A stretch of DNA of 63,886 nt, filler included, from Choristocarpus tenellus KU-1152 (GCA_964200185.2; 12 parts of 12 records of this genome joined end to end with filler, not necessarily neighbours in it), one strand, 5' to 3'; positions 1 through 12,599 are shown, counted from the first letter of the whole stretch. Notes: generated by a model not told the origin, from the sequence alone. Made by a program: numbers and translations.

Positions 1-519
1 GACATTCGGGATATTTAGGCGGGGTATTTGACCAGAAGTAATCGGCGGACTATTAGAGTCGGAGTGTTTCTGACGTGTACTAGAGATACATTGAGTCATT
101 TGATATTCTGAGTCATTAAGTGTAAGGACTGGTGAGCCCCACCTAGTACAGGTATCTCACTCTCTTCTCAACTGTGGTACAAGCTAATAAACAATAATAT
201 AACTAGTTGTGTGGGACAACAGATTGTCAAGGACAGCTTAACACCCATGCAAACATCAACCATTGCCCACAGTCGAGAGAGGTTTCGGGGAGGACAGGCA
301 GGAACTGCATCAGCAAGGAAATGGATAGTTCATTGGCTTTCCCCCTGACACATCTCAATTCGTGAGGAAAGCAAAACAAATCTTTGCTGAGGGGTTCAAA
401 TCAATGTATCTTGTAAAACTTATTTCATGTTTATGAGATAGGGGAGTGGTACGGAAAAATATTTTGTAAACATTCTCTAATAAAAAGTAGTACCAACAAA
501 TATCATTACATGTTACAGA

Positions 520-641
520 AATACTCCCGAGAATATAAATAATTAAATAAATTTTATTTCTTTAGGGTTTATATTGACATGTGAATAGTTTTTTTTGGCT
601 TCCCCCCTGACACATCTGCAAAATGTCAGCATGCATAATAA
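520..641 (+). mobile_element. 3' UTR fragment of the CRE-like non-LTR retrotransposon
   Basis: 'tttctttagggtttatattgacatgtgaata...cccctgacacatctgcaaaa...gcataataat' closely matches the element 3' end at 61540-61628. A second short piece lies at ~330-356. Confidence 0.75.
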
Positions 642-829
642 TCCAACATAAATAAAGTGTAGTATAGACAGCTAGCTATTTGTACGCATTGTCCAATTTT
701 CTTTGTACACTACATCTACATGATACTTTGCTATATTTATGATATTGCGTCCGTTGACATTTTAGATGTCAGGGCAAAGTTTATTATTGAGAAAAAGCTG
801 CATCCTTTTCTTAGAGATATCTGTGTGGA

Positions 830-2100
830 AAGCATTTTTGTCTGTTGTTATACCGTTATTTCTCCGTATGCCATATACCGTTACACCAATTGAGGTTGTG
901 ATCTGAGAACTTCGGTTCAAATGTGTGGAGGATATTCAGAGTGATAGATTTCCGAGTCTTCCCGCAACGTCTCTTTATGAGCACAGCTTTCTGGAGACAG
1001 ATCTCCTCATCCAGTGTGCCTGCTACGTAGCGCAGAACGTGCGTTATCTCTGAAAGGTTTCTTTTCCGAAACCCCTCCGAATTGTGATCCTCCCCACTTC
1101 CTCAGTTCTCCACTTTTTCCTGCAAGTCTTTTCAGTCTTGCACTTGTGTAACCATAACCTCATCCTCTTGGTTACGGTCCGTCTTGGTCTGTCTAGTCCA
1201 TCTTGTCCGGTGATTCCCTTTGCCACCCTTGTCTGAGGGAACCGTGCCGCCACAGAATCACACGATTCACATTTGTCACATTTACAACCATTACCACCGT
1301 TACTTTGACAGGGGTCATTGTGATAATGGTTGGCTGTTTCCCTGACATAATACAAAATGTCGGAGGGTATGATGATATAACACACTAATAGAGAAAGGTA
1401 GGTGGAGAGAAAGTGAAAATATCCAACAAAAGTACACGGGTCACTCTTCACCGGTCAGTTCTAGTTGGACCATATTAACGTCGTGTATTGAGATTTCATA
1501 GAGATCAAATATTGTTGATTGAACAAAATTCACCCTTGTTCCCAGGCATTCAGAGGAATAGCTACCGATGCGGTGGTGAAGCCTATCACCAAAAATGGCA
1601 CAGACCTTCAGCAAGGGGAAGACATACATCCCTTCTGGCAACCTATTATGGTCAGTTAAACCCTCACTGTTTGGGTAGATGATGGAGGATGTTTAGTCAA
1701 AATTGCCAATTTATCTAAGAAAGAGGTCAAACTATCTGCCCATTTTGCAGTCGATCACATCTATCCTGTGTCAAACATGCATTCCCTCTCAGATATTTCC
1801 AGAAGTGCAGTTGCAGCCACACCCTCTAAACCCGAAGACCTAAAAAAAGCTCTGGATCATTTGAAGGCATTTTCAAAGAAGATATTTGCAAACACATACC
1901 TGACTTTTACTGAACAGGAGGAATTGCAGGATATTGTCGCTAAACTCAGACCAGTCTTCTCGATATCTGAAGATGAATTAGGTTCTTGTACCACCACTTC
2001 TGTTGACTTTCTTCTACAACCAGGCACTAAACCAGTTTCTACTACTCATTGCACCATAATTGTCAAATATTCGGAGCAGACCAAGAAAATGTTTGTGTAG
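830..2100 (+). mobile_element. Decayed Ty3/Gypsy-like LTR retrotransposon remnant (LTR/leader plus pre-RT pol fragment)
   Basis: 830-896 and 1138-1312 are homologous to 57270-57325 and 57560-57732, which precede a gag-like ORF. ORF 1768-2100 (LTFTEQEELQDIVAKLRPVFS...ELGSC...VDFLLQPGTKPV) resembles the segment just upstream of Gypsy RT. Confidence 0.6.
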
Positions 2101-2159
2101 ATCCCCAATTAAAGTTATATCTCCATACAGATCAAGCATGTTGGGCTCACTGCTGAGCA

Positions 2160-3560
2160 CATCTTCCCCCTAAACAATTGAAAGGGGGAGGGGCAACCAT
2201 GATCGTATAGGGAGAGGAATAAGATGAGGTATCAGCGCTATTGGTTGGAGGGTATCATGTTGGAGGCTAGGTCGAAGTACTAGAATGCTTTGCAACAATG
2301 TATGAGGATCAGTATCGTTTTTGGTTCTGGTGTTATTCCCTGTGCCTTGACGGCAACACTCAAGGCGACAGGTAGCGTGAGCACAGTTGTTCAACATGCA
2401 CTTCAATACACAACCAAATTAGCTTCAGCGTCTATAGGTCAGGTTGTAAGCATAATACACTATATTGCTGCCTCTTGGGTTTGTTGATATCATCATGTAC
2501 CTACTCCCACAAGTATTTGTCAAATTCCAATGCCAGGTTTCCTGAGGAGGTCCTGTCTGGGATAAGATGTACTGAGAGATTGGTACAGTTGGTGGTAGTC
2601 TTGTGGGTCCGAACTTGAAAGGAAACGTACCTGTGCATGGTGTTGAGGACTTGCAAATATTGTCTCAGGTGTACAGGGGCCCTTGGTGATATCAAGGAAG
2701 AGCACATACAACATATTATTGTGCTATACAATGCTAATGATATGTATCTCTAGAGCGACCTGTCTTATTGCTGAGGACAATGTCTCAAAAGAGCATTTTG
2801 CCTGGACACATATTCCAACTCACAAACATGATCAAAACTGTGTAAGCACTTGCAGGAGCAAACAGACATCTAAAGGGTAAGATATTAGACTATACACAAT
2901 GTCATGGGCACAGAATTGGTCACTGCCCAAGAACTGGAATTCAACCAATAATTTGTACTCCATGAACCACACAAAAACTAGGATTGGGGAGAGGGTGAGG
3001 GGTTAGTGATCATGAAACGTCACTTCATACAACAAGAAGCGTACAAAGAAAGGAAGACCCTCCCTGCTCACCAATCGTTCTTGGACCACAACAATCTCAG
3101 CCAATTGAATCAACCCCTTAGCTCTTGCCTAGCAACCCTGGGAGTTGCTCAGTATCTGGTTGAGCAGCTGCGAAAAGTGTTCATGCCTTGCTTGATTGAA
3201 AGTCTGCCTTCCCTAGCTGCATACCCATTTTCTGGTACAGGTATGATTGTAGATGAGCAGTCATTGTCATGATTTGTAGGTCATTCCTTGCATGTCGCTT
3301 CATGACGTTTCATGACCATAGGAAAATGTGCGTGGAAAAAGTGTTACAAACTTGTTTTTGGAGTGGGTTACTACAACTTTGATAGGGTTTTTGACTGAAA
3401 GGGTGTCCACATTGCCCTAACCCTATCATTGGAATACCAGCAGTGAAAAATTGAGGGTTTAGTGTAGAGAAGTTGAAAATATAACTATAAATGGGCATCT
3501 CACAAACAAAAAAGTACTAATACCGAAAACCTCCATTGAAGCGAATTACTTTCCTTAGAT
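2160..3560 (-). mobile_element. Heavily decayed LTR-retrotransposon integrase-region remnant
   Basis: Broken minus-strand frames give weak integrase-like pieces (FCVVHGVQII; HNN...ITKGPCTPETIF). They end in a polypurine-tract-like AGGGGGAAGA followed by TG at ~2171-2160. Weak motif recognition only. Confidence 0.35.
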
Positions 3561-3866
3561 ATATGAAGGTGAGGGGGTGAGGTGAGATATAGACTTCTTT
3601 GGTAGTGAGATATAGCAACTACTGTGAATGCAAATATATTTGCCTTCGTTGTGGGACTGGTGAATTGAGTAGAACAAATGGTTTGAGGCGCCCGAATTGT
3701 TTGATTTAAGCGAGCTCAGGTTGTGGTTAGACCCTGTGGTGTTGGGTGGTGATCATGTGATAGTTTGTTATTGTCTACTTTGAACCACATCGAATTGAAC
3801 TGTGTGGTGAAAATGATATTGTGATATTTTGAAGTATAAGATGAAACGAAGAACGATGTGGAGTGT

Positions 3867-4570
3867 GTATACATCATGTTGCCCTCTGACACTTTGCAGT
3901 TTTGTTAAGGAAAAAGGCAAACCAATATCACAAGGAAACCTGCAAAAGCAACAGTCGTCTAAATGTGAAGATATACATCACAAAAAAATATTTTCTATTT
4001 GAATACCACCTACCTATACCTTACCACACCACTACCTTAGAGGGTGGTAATTACGAGTGTTATGTGTACAGTGCTGTAATGGCTCCAGCTTAGCTTAGCC
4101 CTACACAAGTAGGTGAGGAGCTAGGGAAGCATTACAATAATCTGACAGATCCCTTCTTGCCCATCTCCCTGGTGTGTGGACCAAAGTATCTGGGGGTGGG
4201 TGGTGGCTGTCAATCTGAGACCCATTTTTTCATGTATGTCGCGGTTTTGGGGTGATTTGGTTGCATACGTCAGATGGATAATGTAAGCTCACTTCTCCAG
4301 ACCAGGGCCCGAACGGACACCCTGGTGTAGAACCCCCCCCTTCCCCAGATACTTTGAGTCGTCTCTAGCTTCAATAACATGAGGGGTCTCTTGAGAGAGT
4401 CACATGTGTGGTGACGGACACTATTTGTCGAAAGCGGGATTTGACAGCCCTTTTCCTGCTATAACCTCGCGCCCCTCTCCCTCCCACTGCATGTGTAGGC
4501 AACTCATCCATAAAATGTTCTGCTTGCTTGCCCAAGCGCCCAAAACTTTCCACGAAGAAGGTGTTTAGGG
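3867..4570 (-). mobile_element. 5'-truncated CRE-like (RLE) non-LTR retrotransposon copy, interrupted by a MITE
   Basis: ORF 4371-4553 (ESFGRLGKQAEHFMDEL..HAVGGRG..GYSRK.AVKSR..QIVSVTT) is homologous to 29570-29800 and 61150-61350. The 3' UTR also matches. Confidence 0.85.
4178..4360. mobile_element. MITE family 1 (~180 bp, TIR core CAAAGTATCTGGGG), full copy
   Basis: GGACCAAAGTATCTGGGGG...CCCCAGATACTTTGAGTC with flanks gtgt/gtct (4-bp TSD, 1 mismatch). The uninterrupted host copy near 29836-29850 has a single gtct (agac on +) at this site. Confidence 0.88.
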
Positions 4571-5730
4571 TGAGTGAGTGTGTTTAAGAATGATTAGATG
4601 ACCTGCTTGCCTCGAGCTCCCCCGGAGGAGAAACAGTGAAACCTCCTGCGATTTTAAATGCGAACAGAGTTGAAAGGGCTCTCCATTACATTGTTTTGAA
4701 GACTTCACAGCCAAACAGAGGGAGAAGAACTCCTCGACGACGTGGTGTTTGCCACAAGTGACTCGCAGATAGTTTGTGGACGTCGTGACCATGGTGGGCA
4801 AAGAGGTTTTCCCCACGGCTAAGCGCTCAAAGCACCGTGTCCTGGGAGGTTGCTGTTGTGACTGTTTTGTTGACGGTTGCCAACAAGAGGAGTAGCACGG
4901 GTGCTCTTAATCTCCGGGTCTTCCATTCTTGGGAAAGGGATAATCTTTCCCCCTGATTAGTTCTATCCTCGAAAGTGATTTTTTGTTCAAGCTCACATCT
5001 GAACGGCCGGGGATTGTCAAGTTGCAGTCGTTCCTTGAACTAGATTACTGTATTTCTACGCTTGCTCGACTCCAACCTCATTGCTCAAATAATTTACCCT
5101 ACCATTCGCGACACTTTTTTTGTGCATCCTAACTGTTTTTCAATTTATCGTGGTGGCGCTGGGAAGCAAGTAGGTTCTCTGGGTCCAAACCGATCTCGTG
5201 ATCCTTCCGCTATTCTACGTTTTTCTACTGGTTAGATCTTGTCCAACATGACCTCCTTCTCATGTTATGGATCTATCACTCCCAGTTTTTGGATCTATTT
5301 ATCCCAAATTTTAAAGCTACATGTTTCACTCCTCGCCCCCGCGCACCATTTCCACTTTCACCTACCAACTCCGTGGTGTGTGCACCACTCTTGACAATAC
5401 TTTGTCAGCAGAACGTCTCATGAGATCATCCTTTTCAAGGGCGGAGGTGTTATAAATTTGGCCGTGGGCGATGGATGAAAGTTGGTGGTTATAAGGGCAC
5501 ACATTCAAGCAGTATTAAGTATAATTAAACAGCGTGGACTTGTCGACTGGAAGGTGTTTGGTTAATTTAGCATAACCCTCACCCTATGCAACACAATCCA
5601 TTGCTAACTTGACCAATATTTTAATAGTTTAGTCATGTCACTGGCAATAACTTCCATTTTTCGCCTTCTTCTGCTATGTTGTCTGTGTGTTTGGCATGGT
5701 ATTTCACATTACGCTATTTCCATGGAACAG

Positions 5731-7704
5731 ATACGCTTCCTCTTCTTGCAAAATCGTCAAGGGAAGACACGCCTCTCCAAGTGGTGGGTACCCCTGAATG
5801 ATGAGAATGAAAAGGTGATGAAAATCAACCCTTGAGAGGGAGAAGGGGAAACGGAAGTGAGGGACAGAGGGGGGCACAGACAGACTTTTCCTCCTCCCTT
5901 GTCATCAGAGTATTCAATTACATCAGTTCCAGTTGTACATGGGACGAGGACATGTGGGTATGTTTGGTGTGTTTGGTGTGTGTGTGCCTGTATGTGTGAT
6001 ATGCTGTCTAATATTGTGCTAACCAGGGTTGCAAATAATAACCTACTATTGAGTTGACACTTATTACAGGAATGGGAATAAACCAAAGGGTGACAACTTT
6101 ACTATCCAAGACCACTCGCTACATTAAAATAAACTAGTATAGTACACATAATCATACTATGTACAATATACATATTTTTCAAGGCATGCATCCCTTCTTG
6201 GTGGTTCCTCAGGAAACAGTGCATTCTCAACTCAAATTGCACAAAGACATGGGAAGGTGGGATGGGGACGGCGGCGGTGGGGGGAGGAAACTACAGGCAT
6301 GCGACTTAACTCCCAACAAAGAATAAGAATGCAATGTGTTGTTATTGCTGACCCTAATGTGAACATTGAATTGAAACAGTGCGATTATAATTTATATATT
6401 TGTTACTAATTCTCAAAATGTAATTAAAATATCTACGGTGTGATGTATCACAGAGTTTCACCTCCTGTAATAGGAATACAGCATTGTTAGTAATGCTCGT
6501 AAGGGGATGAAGGGCCTTCAAACTGTGTAGGAAAAGAAATATGCATTTGTGATGCTATTTGTTGAATTCCCTCAATGTTGCCTTCAGTCTGTAGTATACG
6601 TCAACTTGGGTGAGGGTTAGGGTTAGTTATCCGTCGTTGGGTGTCTGTCCAGAAGGTGTCGTGAATTGCTCTTATTGTCCTATTGCTGATAACATTAATT
6701 GCAAAAGCACCAAAGGTTAGAGGATGAGAAGGTGCACGGGCTGTGGAATTGAGAGGGTGTTTCAAGTATATGTATATATTTTTTCTGGTGTGTTGGTGAA
6801 GGTACAACGAGATTGATATATTTTGTTCTATTTTTTACTAGTTAGAATAAATAAAAAAATAAATGTTTTGCCTGTGCGATAGCGGCGGTGGTTTGGTCTT
6901 AAGGAAAAAAATAAATTATTGCTACTGAGTGAATTGAATTAATTGACTGGAATGTGAAGGATCACCTATTGGTCTATGGAAGTTGCTGTTTGGAGGATAC
7001 AGGTCAAGTTTAACCAACCAATTATATAGTTTACTCAGTTTACTCAGTTTACTACTAGTACTCACATCTAACTGCCACTCCTTTTTTTGTTTGTTAGACA
7101 CTGTACATGTTTTTAGGTGAATGTCCTCTCCCTGTTGTTGTATGCAGTATCCCCATGTGCGACGAGGTTAACCTTGTCTTCAATGCTTGAACAGTGAAGG
7201 GTTCACGTAATATCGTTTGTGTATGATAATGATATTATAGTTGCAGCGCATGTCATTAGAGTCCAATATATTTATTTGTATGCCCAATATAATAATAATA
7301 ATAATATTCAAATAGTGTCGTTTGATTTCTTCTACACCTGCGCAATGAATAAAAAACAAGTATATTGGTGGTCAATTTTAGTCAATTAAAGGTACAGCAG
7401 TGAGTAGAAACTGGCCAACTTTACCATCCATCCACATCACCACAATCATTAGATATCACATATCACATATCATGTATCACAAACATTAGATATCACGTAT
7501 CATGCATCATGCATCACAAACATCAGATATCACATATCATGCATCATGTATCAAACACTTGATTTTCTTTTTTTTTTGAACCACATCTTTTTTGTCGTGA
7601 TTTTGCTCTGTTAGTTAGTTATCATTAGCAGCCCATATTACATTACTTACTCAAAGAAAGAAAACGTCCCTCCCACTTCTCTCTCTCTCTCTCTCTCTAC
7701 ACAC

Positions 7705-7745
<41 letters not shown>

Positions 7746-9386
7746 TACAATACAGGGTGCTACCATGCTGCATTTATTTTTATTTTTTTGCTATGACAGG
7801 TTCGAATAGAGAATGAGGTGCATCGACTGGTAGTCACCCGAGATAGGAAGTACACCAACTTTGTAGAGGCAAGTGTTAGTTAGTATCCTTATTGATAGGA
7901 TAGAAAGTACACGGTGTTGATGGGTGATGGAAGGCGGTAGCGGTTGGTATTTGCAGCATCACACAATGCAATTCACTAGGGATAGTAAAGAAAAGAAGAA
8001 TGAGAGGAAGATGGGAAGGAGATGCTTGGCTTACTCTTTTTTTTTTGTAAATACATATTTTTCTTTTTGTCGTGCGCGGAGTTGAATCACAAGGGTTAGG
8101 GCTAGGGTTAGGGTCAAGTGGTGATGCGCTAATTTTCATACAATTTTTAGTAGTCTATTGATGTGGTTTATCTGGATAATAGTGTGGGAGGGATCTGGGT
8201 CAGGGTTCCGTCATTTATTTTATTGAAGTGCATTGCGGGCTAGGAGTATTGGTATCTTTTTCTCGGAGAACATTTTGAATATGAATATGAATATGAATGT
8301 AAGGTGTATGTCGTATGTGTGAATAAAATTGCCAAGAGGAATGGAGTGGTTTGTCATTTGATTGGTTGGGGTAAACCACGTCACCTCATTTGATTGGTTC
8401 TAGGGTGGAAATATCTTCTGGGCGGAGTGTCCATGTGGTGATGGTGGTGGTGGTGGTCACTCTTCTGCAAGTGGTCACATATTATGTCCATTGCAACAAA
8501 TATGTAAAGTGGAGTGTGAGGTCATGAATTTTAACCAGAGTTGTCCCTGTGAGGGTGGGTAGGTACTCTTTGCCTCCCTGGTACACAAAAGCACAGTGTA
8601 ACCTGCATTGTTTTTTTTAACTCCATTGATTAGTTTATTATTTTTAACTCCGTTGATTATTTTTTTATTTTTTAGCTCTGTTAATTATTTTTTATTTGCA
8701 ACTCTACTGATTAGTTTTTATTTTCAAATCTTTCCTACTGCTGTGTTGCACAGTCCACAAATTGTTGATCTTTTAGTGTAGTTACTTGTTACTTTCTTAG
8801 CATGTTATTTTGTTTTAATACCTTTTTTTTATGTTTTGATTTTTTTAATACTTTGTTGATCTTTTTCTCAAGCTATGAATGTATGGTCTTTCAGCTAACT
8901 ACCACAACACCCCCATCGTCATCTATCAAGAGATAGCAGTACATTTACTACAATTTACTACCATTATTAATATTTCTTTTTTTGACGAGTGGAGTGAAAT
9001 GGATCACTGTTTATGTTTCAAGGATGCACTTTCTATTTTATCATGATATGCACACAACTTTGTTGTTAATAGTAGTGCGCCTTTCAAGTAATCCACATCC
9101 AGTCTTGGCCTTCAGTTTCATTATGGTTCATATTAGCCCCATGTACCTTCCTTAGGATCTGTATGCAAACTGAACTGACCTGTTCCCCTATTCTCATCGC
9201 ATTGGCGGTCAGTTTGGGAACTACAAGCTAATCTACCGGAGGTATGCTGGATTATTTTTCACTCTGGGGGTGGATGTTTCAGACAATGAGCTGCTGGCCC
9301 TGGAGACAATTCATCTTTTTGTAGAGCTGCTGGAGGCGTACTTTTCGAATGTGTGCGAGCTGGACATTGTGTTCAACTTCAACAAG
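5731..9386 (+). CDS. AP2S1: AP-2 complex subunit sigma (clathrin adaptor small chain), 3' end missing from contig
   Basis: Phase-consistent exons 5731-5814 ([28 protein letters not shown]), 7800-7868 ([23 protein letters not shown]) and 9213-9386 ([16 protein letters not shown]...[28 protein letters not shown]). EVH..V.RD.K.TNFVE fits sigma-2. The start is either the in-frame ATG at 5722 or an ATG-only exon, candidate 4791-4793 (ATG|gtgggc). No last exon was found before 11313. Confidence 0.93.
7440..7555. repeat. Degenerate 7-bp (ATATCAC/ATGCATC) tandem repeat, intronic
   Basis: Repeated atatcac/atcatgc units arranged in about three higher-order blocks, each starting with agatatcac. Confidence 0.75.
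7676..7745. repeat. Compound microsatellite (CT)n-(CA)n-(TAA)n
   Basis: Directly visible. Confidence 0.9.
8612..8725. repeat. AT-rich ~26-bp degenerate tandem repeat, about 4 copies
   Basis: Units such as tttttaactccattgattagtttatta and tttttaactccgttgattattttttta. Confidence 0.7.
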
Positions 9387-10211
9387 GCAAGTGTTAATAA
9401 TGTTTTATTTTTATCTCAATGATGATGTTTTTTAGTTTTAGTGAGAGTTCAACGCCTGTGTTGTTGCATGTTCTTTGAAACACCATGCTGGGAGTAGTGT
9501 ATTTGGTTTAGAATGTAGCGAGATGATAATAATAAAATAGCAAGTGATAATAATAAAATAGCAAGTGCGTTTTAGCATCGGGGATGAGTTTCTGTTGTTA
9601 CCACAGGCTGTGGAGGCATACGTCCTAATGGATGTGACATCCAGGCCATTCCAGGTACAGATGTGTCGGAAGACTTTCACATTCGAGACAAATCAAGGAC
9701 CAGTCCCTCCCTGTTCTGTCACAAACGCCTCTGGTTTAGTTATGTCTGTTGGGGCGCATCCTCACAGATCGAAATGTTGAGGAGTCAACTGCTTTGTTTG
9801 TAGATCCTAATTCACGTGGTACCCATCTAATTGTCCCACTTCTGAGGGGGGTGTGGGACAAACCTTCTGATGACCTGGTGAGATGTTAACCAATCAAGAG
9901 GCTGTGATTTTTCAACTTGTCTCACAAGCGAGCTAGTTGGGGAGGGGTCTCAAGCCGATGCGTTCGTACTGGGGAATCAGTTGATGATGTTTTCTAGATG
10001 GGGGGAGTGGTGCAGACAAGTATTTGTACATGTTTGCAGAGGATAGTCATGTAGTCGATTCAAGGTGTGTTTGTACGTGTTGGATGGGAAGGGGGGGGTA
10101 CTGAAAACTAATTTGTACTCATTTGTGAGGCAACAATACACGAGTACATTTTTTATTATTATTAATGTAAGAAGTTAAGGGCAGGCCCAAGAGGTATCAG
10201 GTGAGGGTACA

Positions 10212-10324
10212 CAGTACACTAGAGATGCCATGTTACTCAGTACATTAGAGATGCTGTGTTACTCGGTACATTAGAGATGCTATGTTACTCAGTACACTAG
10301 AGATGCTGTGTTACTCAGTACACT
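10212..10324. repeat. 26-bp minisatellite, ~4.3 copies
   Basis: CAGTACAYTAGAGATGCYRTGTTACT repeated almost perfectly. Confidence 0.92.
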
Positions 10325-10486
10325 ACTGGGGCTTCCACAAGATGCTGTTTGCTAAGGGGTAGTGTTATTTTAACAAGACTGAGTATTACTCTCATGGAAC
10401 AACAGGGGGATGAAGTACTTATGTAGTTACAGTATGTAGTTGCAGTAGTATGGTAGTAATCTAGTATCTGTACACGGGTATTGTTT

Positions 10487-10606
10487 GCTATTAGTCACAA
10501 TGAGGAGAGTCAAGTCATATTTGTGTACAAAGGTAAGGTGAGGAAAAAGCTGCTAGTCACAATGAGGAGAGTCAGTCGTATTTGTATACACAGGTAAGGT
10601 GGGGAC
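10487..10606. repeat. ~63-bp direct duplication
   Basis: tagtcacaatgaggagagtca(a)gtcRtatttgtRtacaMaggtaaggtg occurs twice in tandem. Confidence 0.85.
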
Positions 10607-11313
10607 AGGTCAGCAATGCGCGCTCAGCTGCTCTCGGTGAAAGGAACAAATCGTGTTTACTTGTTGTTCTACAAAGGTTATGTGGACAAATTGAATCATT
10701 CCTAGACATTGAGTTGTACTCAGCACATCATTTGTGGGTTCAAGGTTCAAGGTTCCTGGCAAGAAACGACCGATTTGTACATATTCAGCACTCCTTCAAC
10801 CTCGACTAATGGTACTGTTTTCGTGCGTTTTTTTTTATATACTGATTTGTGAATCGCAAAAGAGTTAAATAATTGTGATTTGCTTAATGTGTGAAACCTT
10901 GGCTCTTGATGCTGTACCCTTTACCTGTCATCGTGTAGCAGGCAGGCTTAACTCTTTTTGAAGTACAACCTAGACTGCTGGAGGTTATGGGAGAGGTATC
11001 AATATTAATATTGATGACGCCATTATTATAACTAGAGTATGCATCCTCCGTTTGGAACGAAGTATAACATAGCTTTTGTAAGGTCTGTTCTCACCCGGGA
11101 ACATCCCACATGATGAACCCTCCGGACGAGGCTCAGTTCTCATATAGATTGGGAGGCGTGCAACGTTTGATATGATGGGCTTTCATGACTGTGGATCACC
11201 TGTGCAAAGTTGACTAAGTCGCATTTGGCAGGGTTCGAAATCCTCTTGAAACTGTCAAAGCGGGTTTCTATTGGGATGATGCCTAGAACAAAGCCCCCCC
11301 CCCCCCCCCCCCC

Positions 11314-11413
11314 NNNNNNNNNNNNNNNNNNNNNNNNNNNNNNNNNNNNNNNNNNNNTTAATTAATTAANNNNNNNNNNNNNNNNNNNNNNNNNNNNNNN
11401 NNNNNNNNNNNNN
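11314..11413. other. Artificial contig-joining spacer (N44-TTAATTAATTAA-N44); first of 11
   Basis: Identical 100-nt spacers at 11314-11413, 14242-14341, 16988-17087, 23474-23573, 32400-32499, 35837-35936, 40089-40188, 45508-45607, 49476-49575, 55607-55706 and 59474-59573. The 12-mer is palindromic and puts stop codons in all six frames. Confidence 0.98.
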
Positions 11414-11988
11414 GCTTTTTTTTTCTCCTGCCCCCCCCCCCCCCCCCCCCCCCCCGCCCCCCCCGCCTCTCACTGCGTGAGTACCTGATTCCATTCCCTC
11501 CCGTCACAATAATGATATCATTGGAAAGGTGAAGGAGGGAATAGAACTGATTGCGAGGGAGGAGCGGGAACGGAAAGACGTTGGCAACAACTCCACGGTG
11601 AGTGAAGGCTAGCTCCCAAGGTCCCTCCCAGTTGAATTGTTGCTGCTGTTGTGTGTCCTGGTCCCAAGAGCTAGCTAGAGCAGTACAGCCTTTGTTGGTT
11701 GCAATAGTCGTGCTACCCCTCACAGTTTGTTGCCATAAGAACACCTCCACAAAATGTTAAGCTTCCAGTGCTCAAAACCCTGTCTCTGTACTAAGAGATT
11801 CACCAGAGATTAGATGAGATAATTTATTTTCTGTTTGCCTTTACTTCTTAAGTGTCCAGTACAGATACCTATGTATGTATGTATGTATTCGTATATCGTG
11901 CTTGTTATATATGGCTTTTGTGCATTCACAGAATCAACCCTAGCTAATGTCTCCAATATTTTTTGCCCCATTGACTTTCGTCACAAAA

Positions 11989-12286
11989 GTCGCAACAGCC
12001 ACAGGGCGCCACAGGCAATGGTAGTGACACTGAGAGCGACACTGCACTTGAGACATCGGCCCGTACCCCAAGGATCGAACCTAGCAGTACAATAGCCATT
12101 TCTGGGGGCATAGGTATTACTGGGAGGGGTGCTGGCTCTGTGGTTAGTGCTGGAGCTGGGTCTGGGGCTACAGGAAAGTCTGGAGGTGTAAGTGGGGGTG
12201 GGGGGAAGGCCAAGCCAAAGGCTAGGTGGGGGAGGAGAGGCAAGGGCCGGGCTGGAACTAAGGAGAATGAGGGCGATGATGATGAG
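11989..12286 (+). CDS. Isolated exon of an unknown Gly/Ser/basic low-complexity protein
   Basis: Open GC-richer frame SQQPQGATGNGSDTESD...GGGGKAKPKARWGRRGKGRAGTKENEGDDDE, ending GAG|gttagc. The acceptor position is uncertain. Confidence 0.45.
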
Positions 12287-12565
12287 GTTAGCGATGGGAT
12301 CTGTGAGGTACGCTGTGATTGGGGAGATGTGATGTGAAGGTGGAATGGATGTATACTAATTATGTGTTGGGAACAGAGTTGGTGTTGAGTCTTGTGTGAA
12401 ATACATGTCTGATCTTGTCTGTCTGTATATATGTATGTATTGGTGATAATTTCTAGGTAGTGGTATTACTGCCTGTGTGCATGAATCGTGAGTGAACATT
12501 TGCATTTATAAAAATAGTAGGAAATAATGCACTTTTATTGTGTAGTCTTGTTGAGCAGTATGGAG

Positions 12566-12599
12566 TTAGGGTTAGGGTTAGGGCTAGGGTTAAGGGTTT
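12566..12599 (+). repeat. Interstitial telomere-like (TTAGGG)n tract
   Basis: gttagggttagggttagggctagggttaagggtt. Shorter tracts at ~6608-6627, ~8093-8114, ~29405-29419 (reverse) and ~39397-39409. Confidence 0.85.

Noticed and set aside
1044-1451. 135-aa ORF with CKCDKCESC, metallothionein-like
   Set aside because: It lies antisense within the repeated LTR/leader sequence, and the Cys cluster is only partly kept in the 57.6-kb copy.
10212-10324. Possible CRISPR array
   Set aside because: Head-to-tail 26-bp units with no spacers.
11358-11369. Recurrent palindrome TTAATTAATTAA, and ORFs ending in X...LIN
   Set aside because: Artificial six-frame-stop linker between contigs, not biological.
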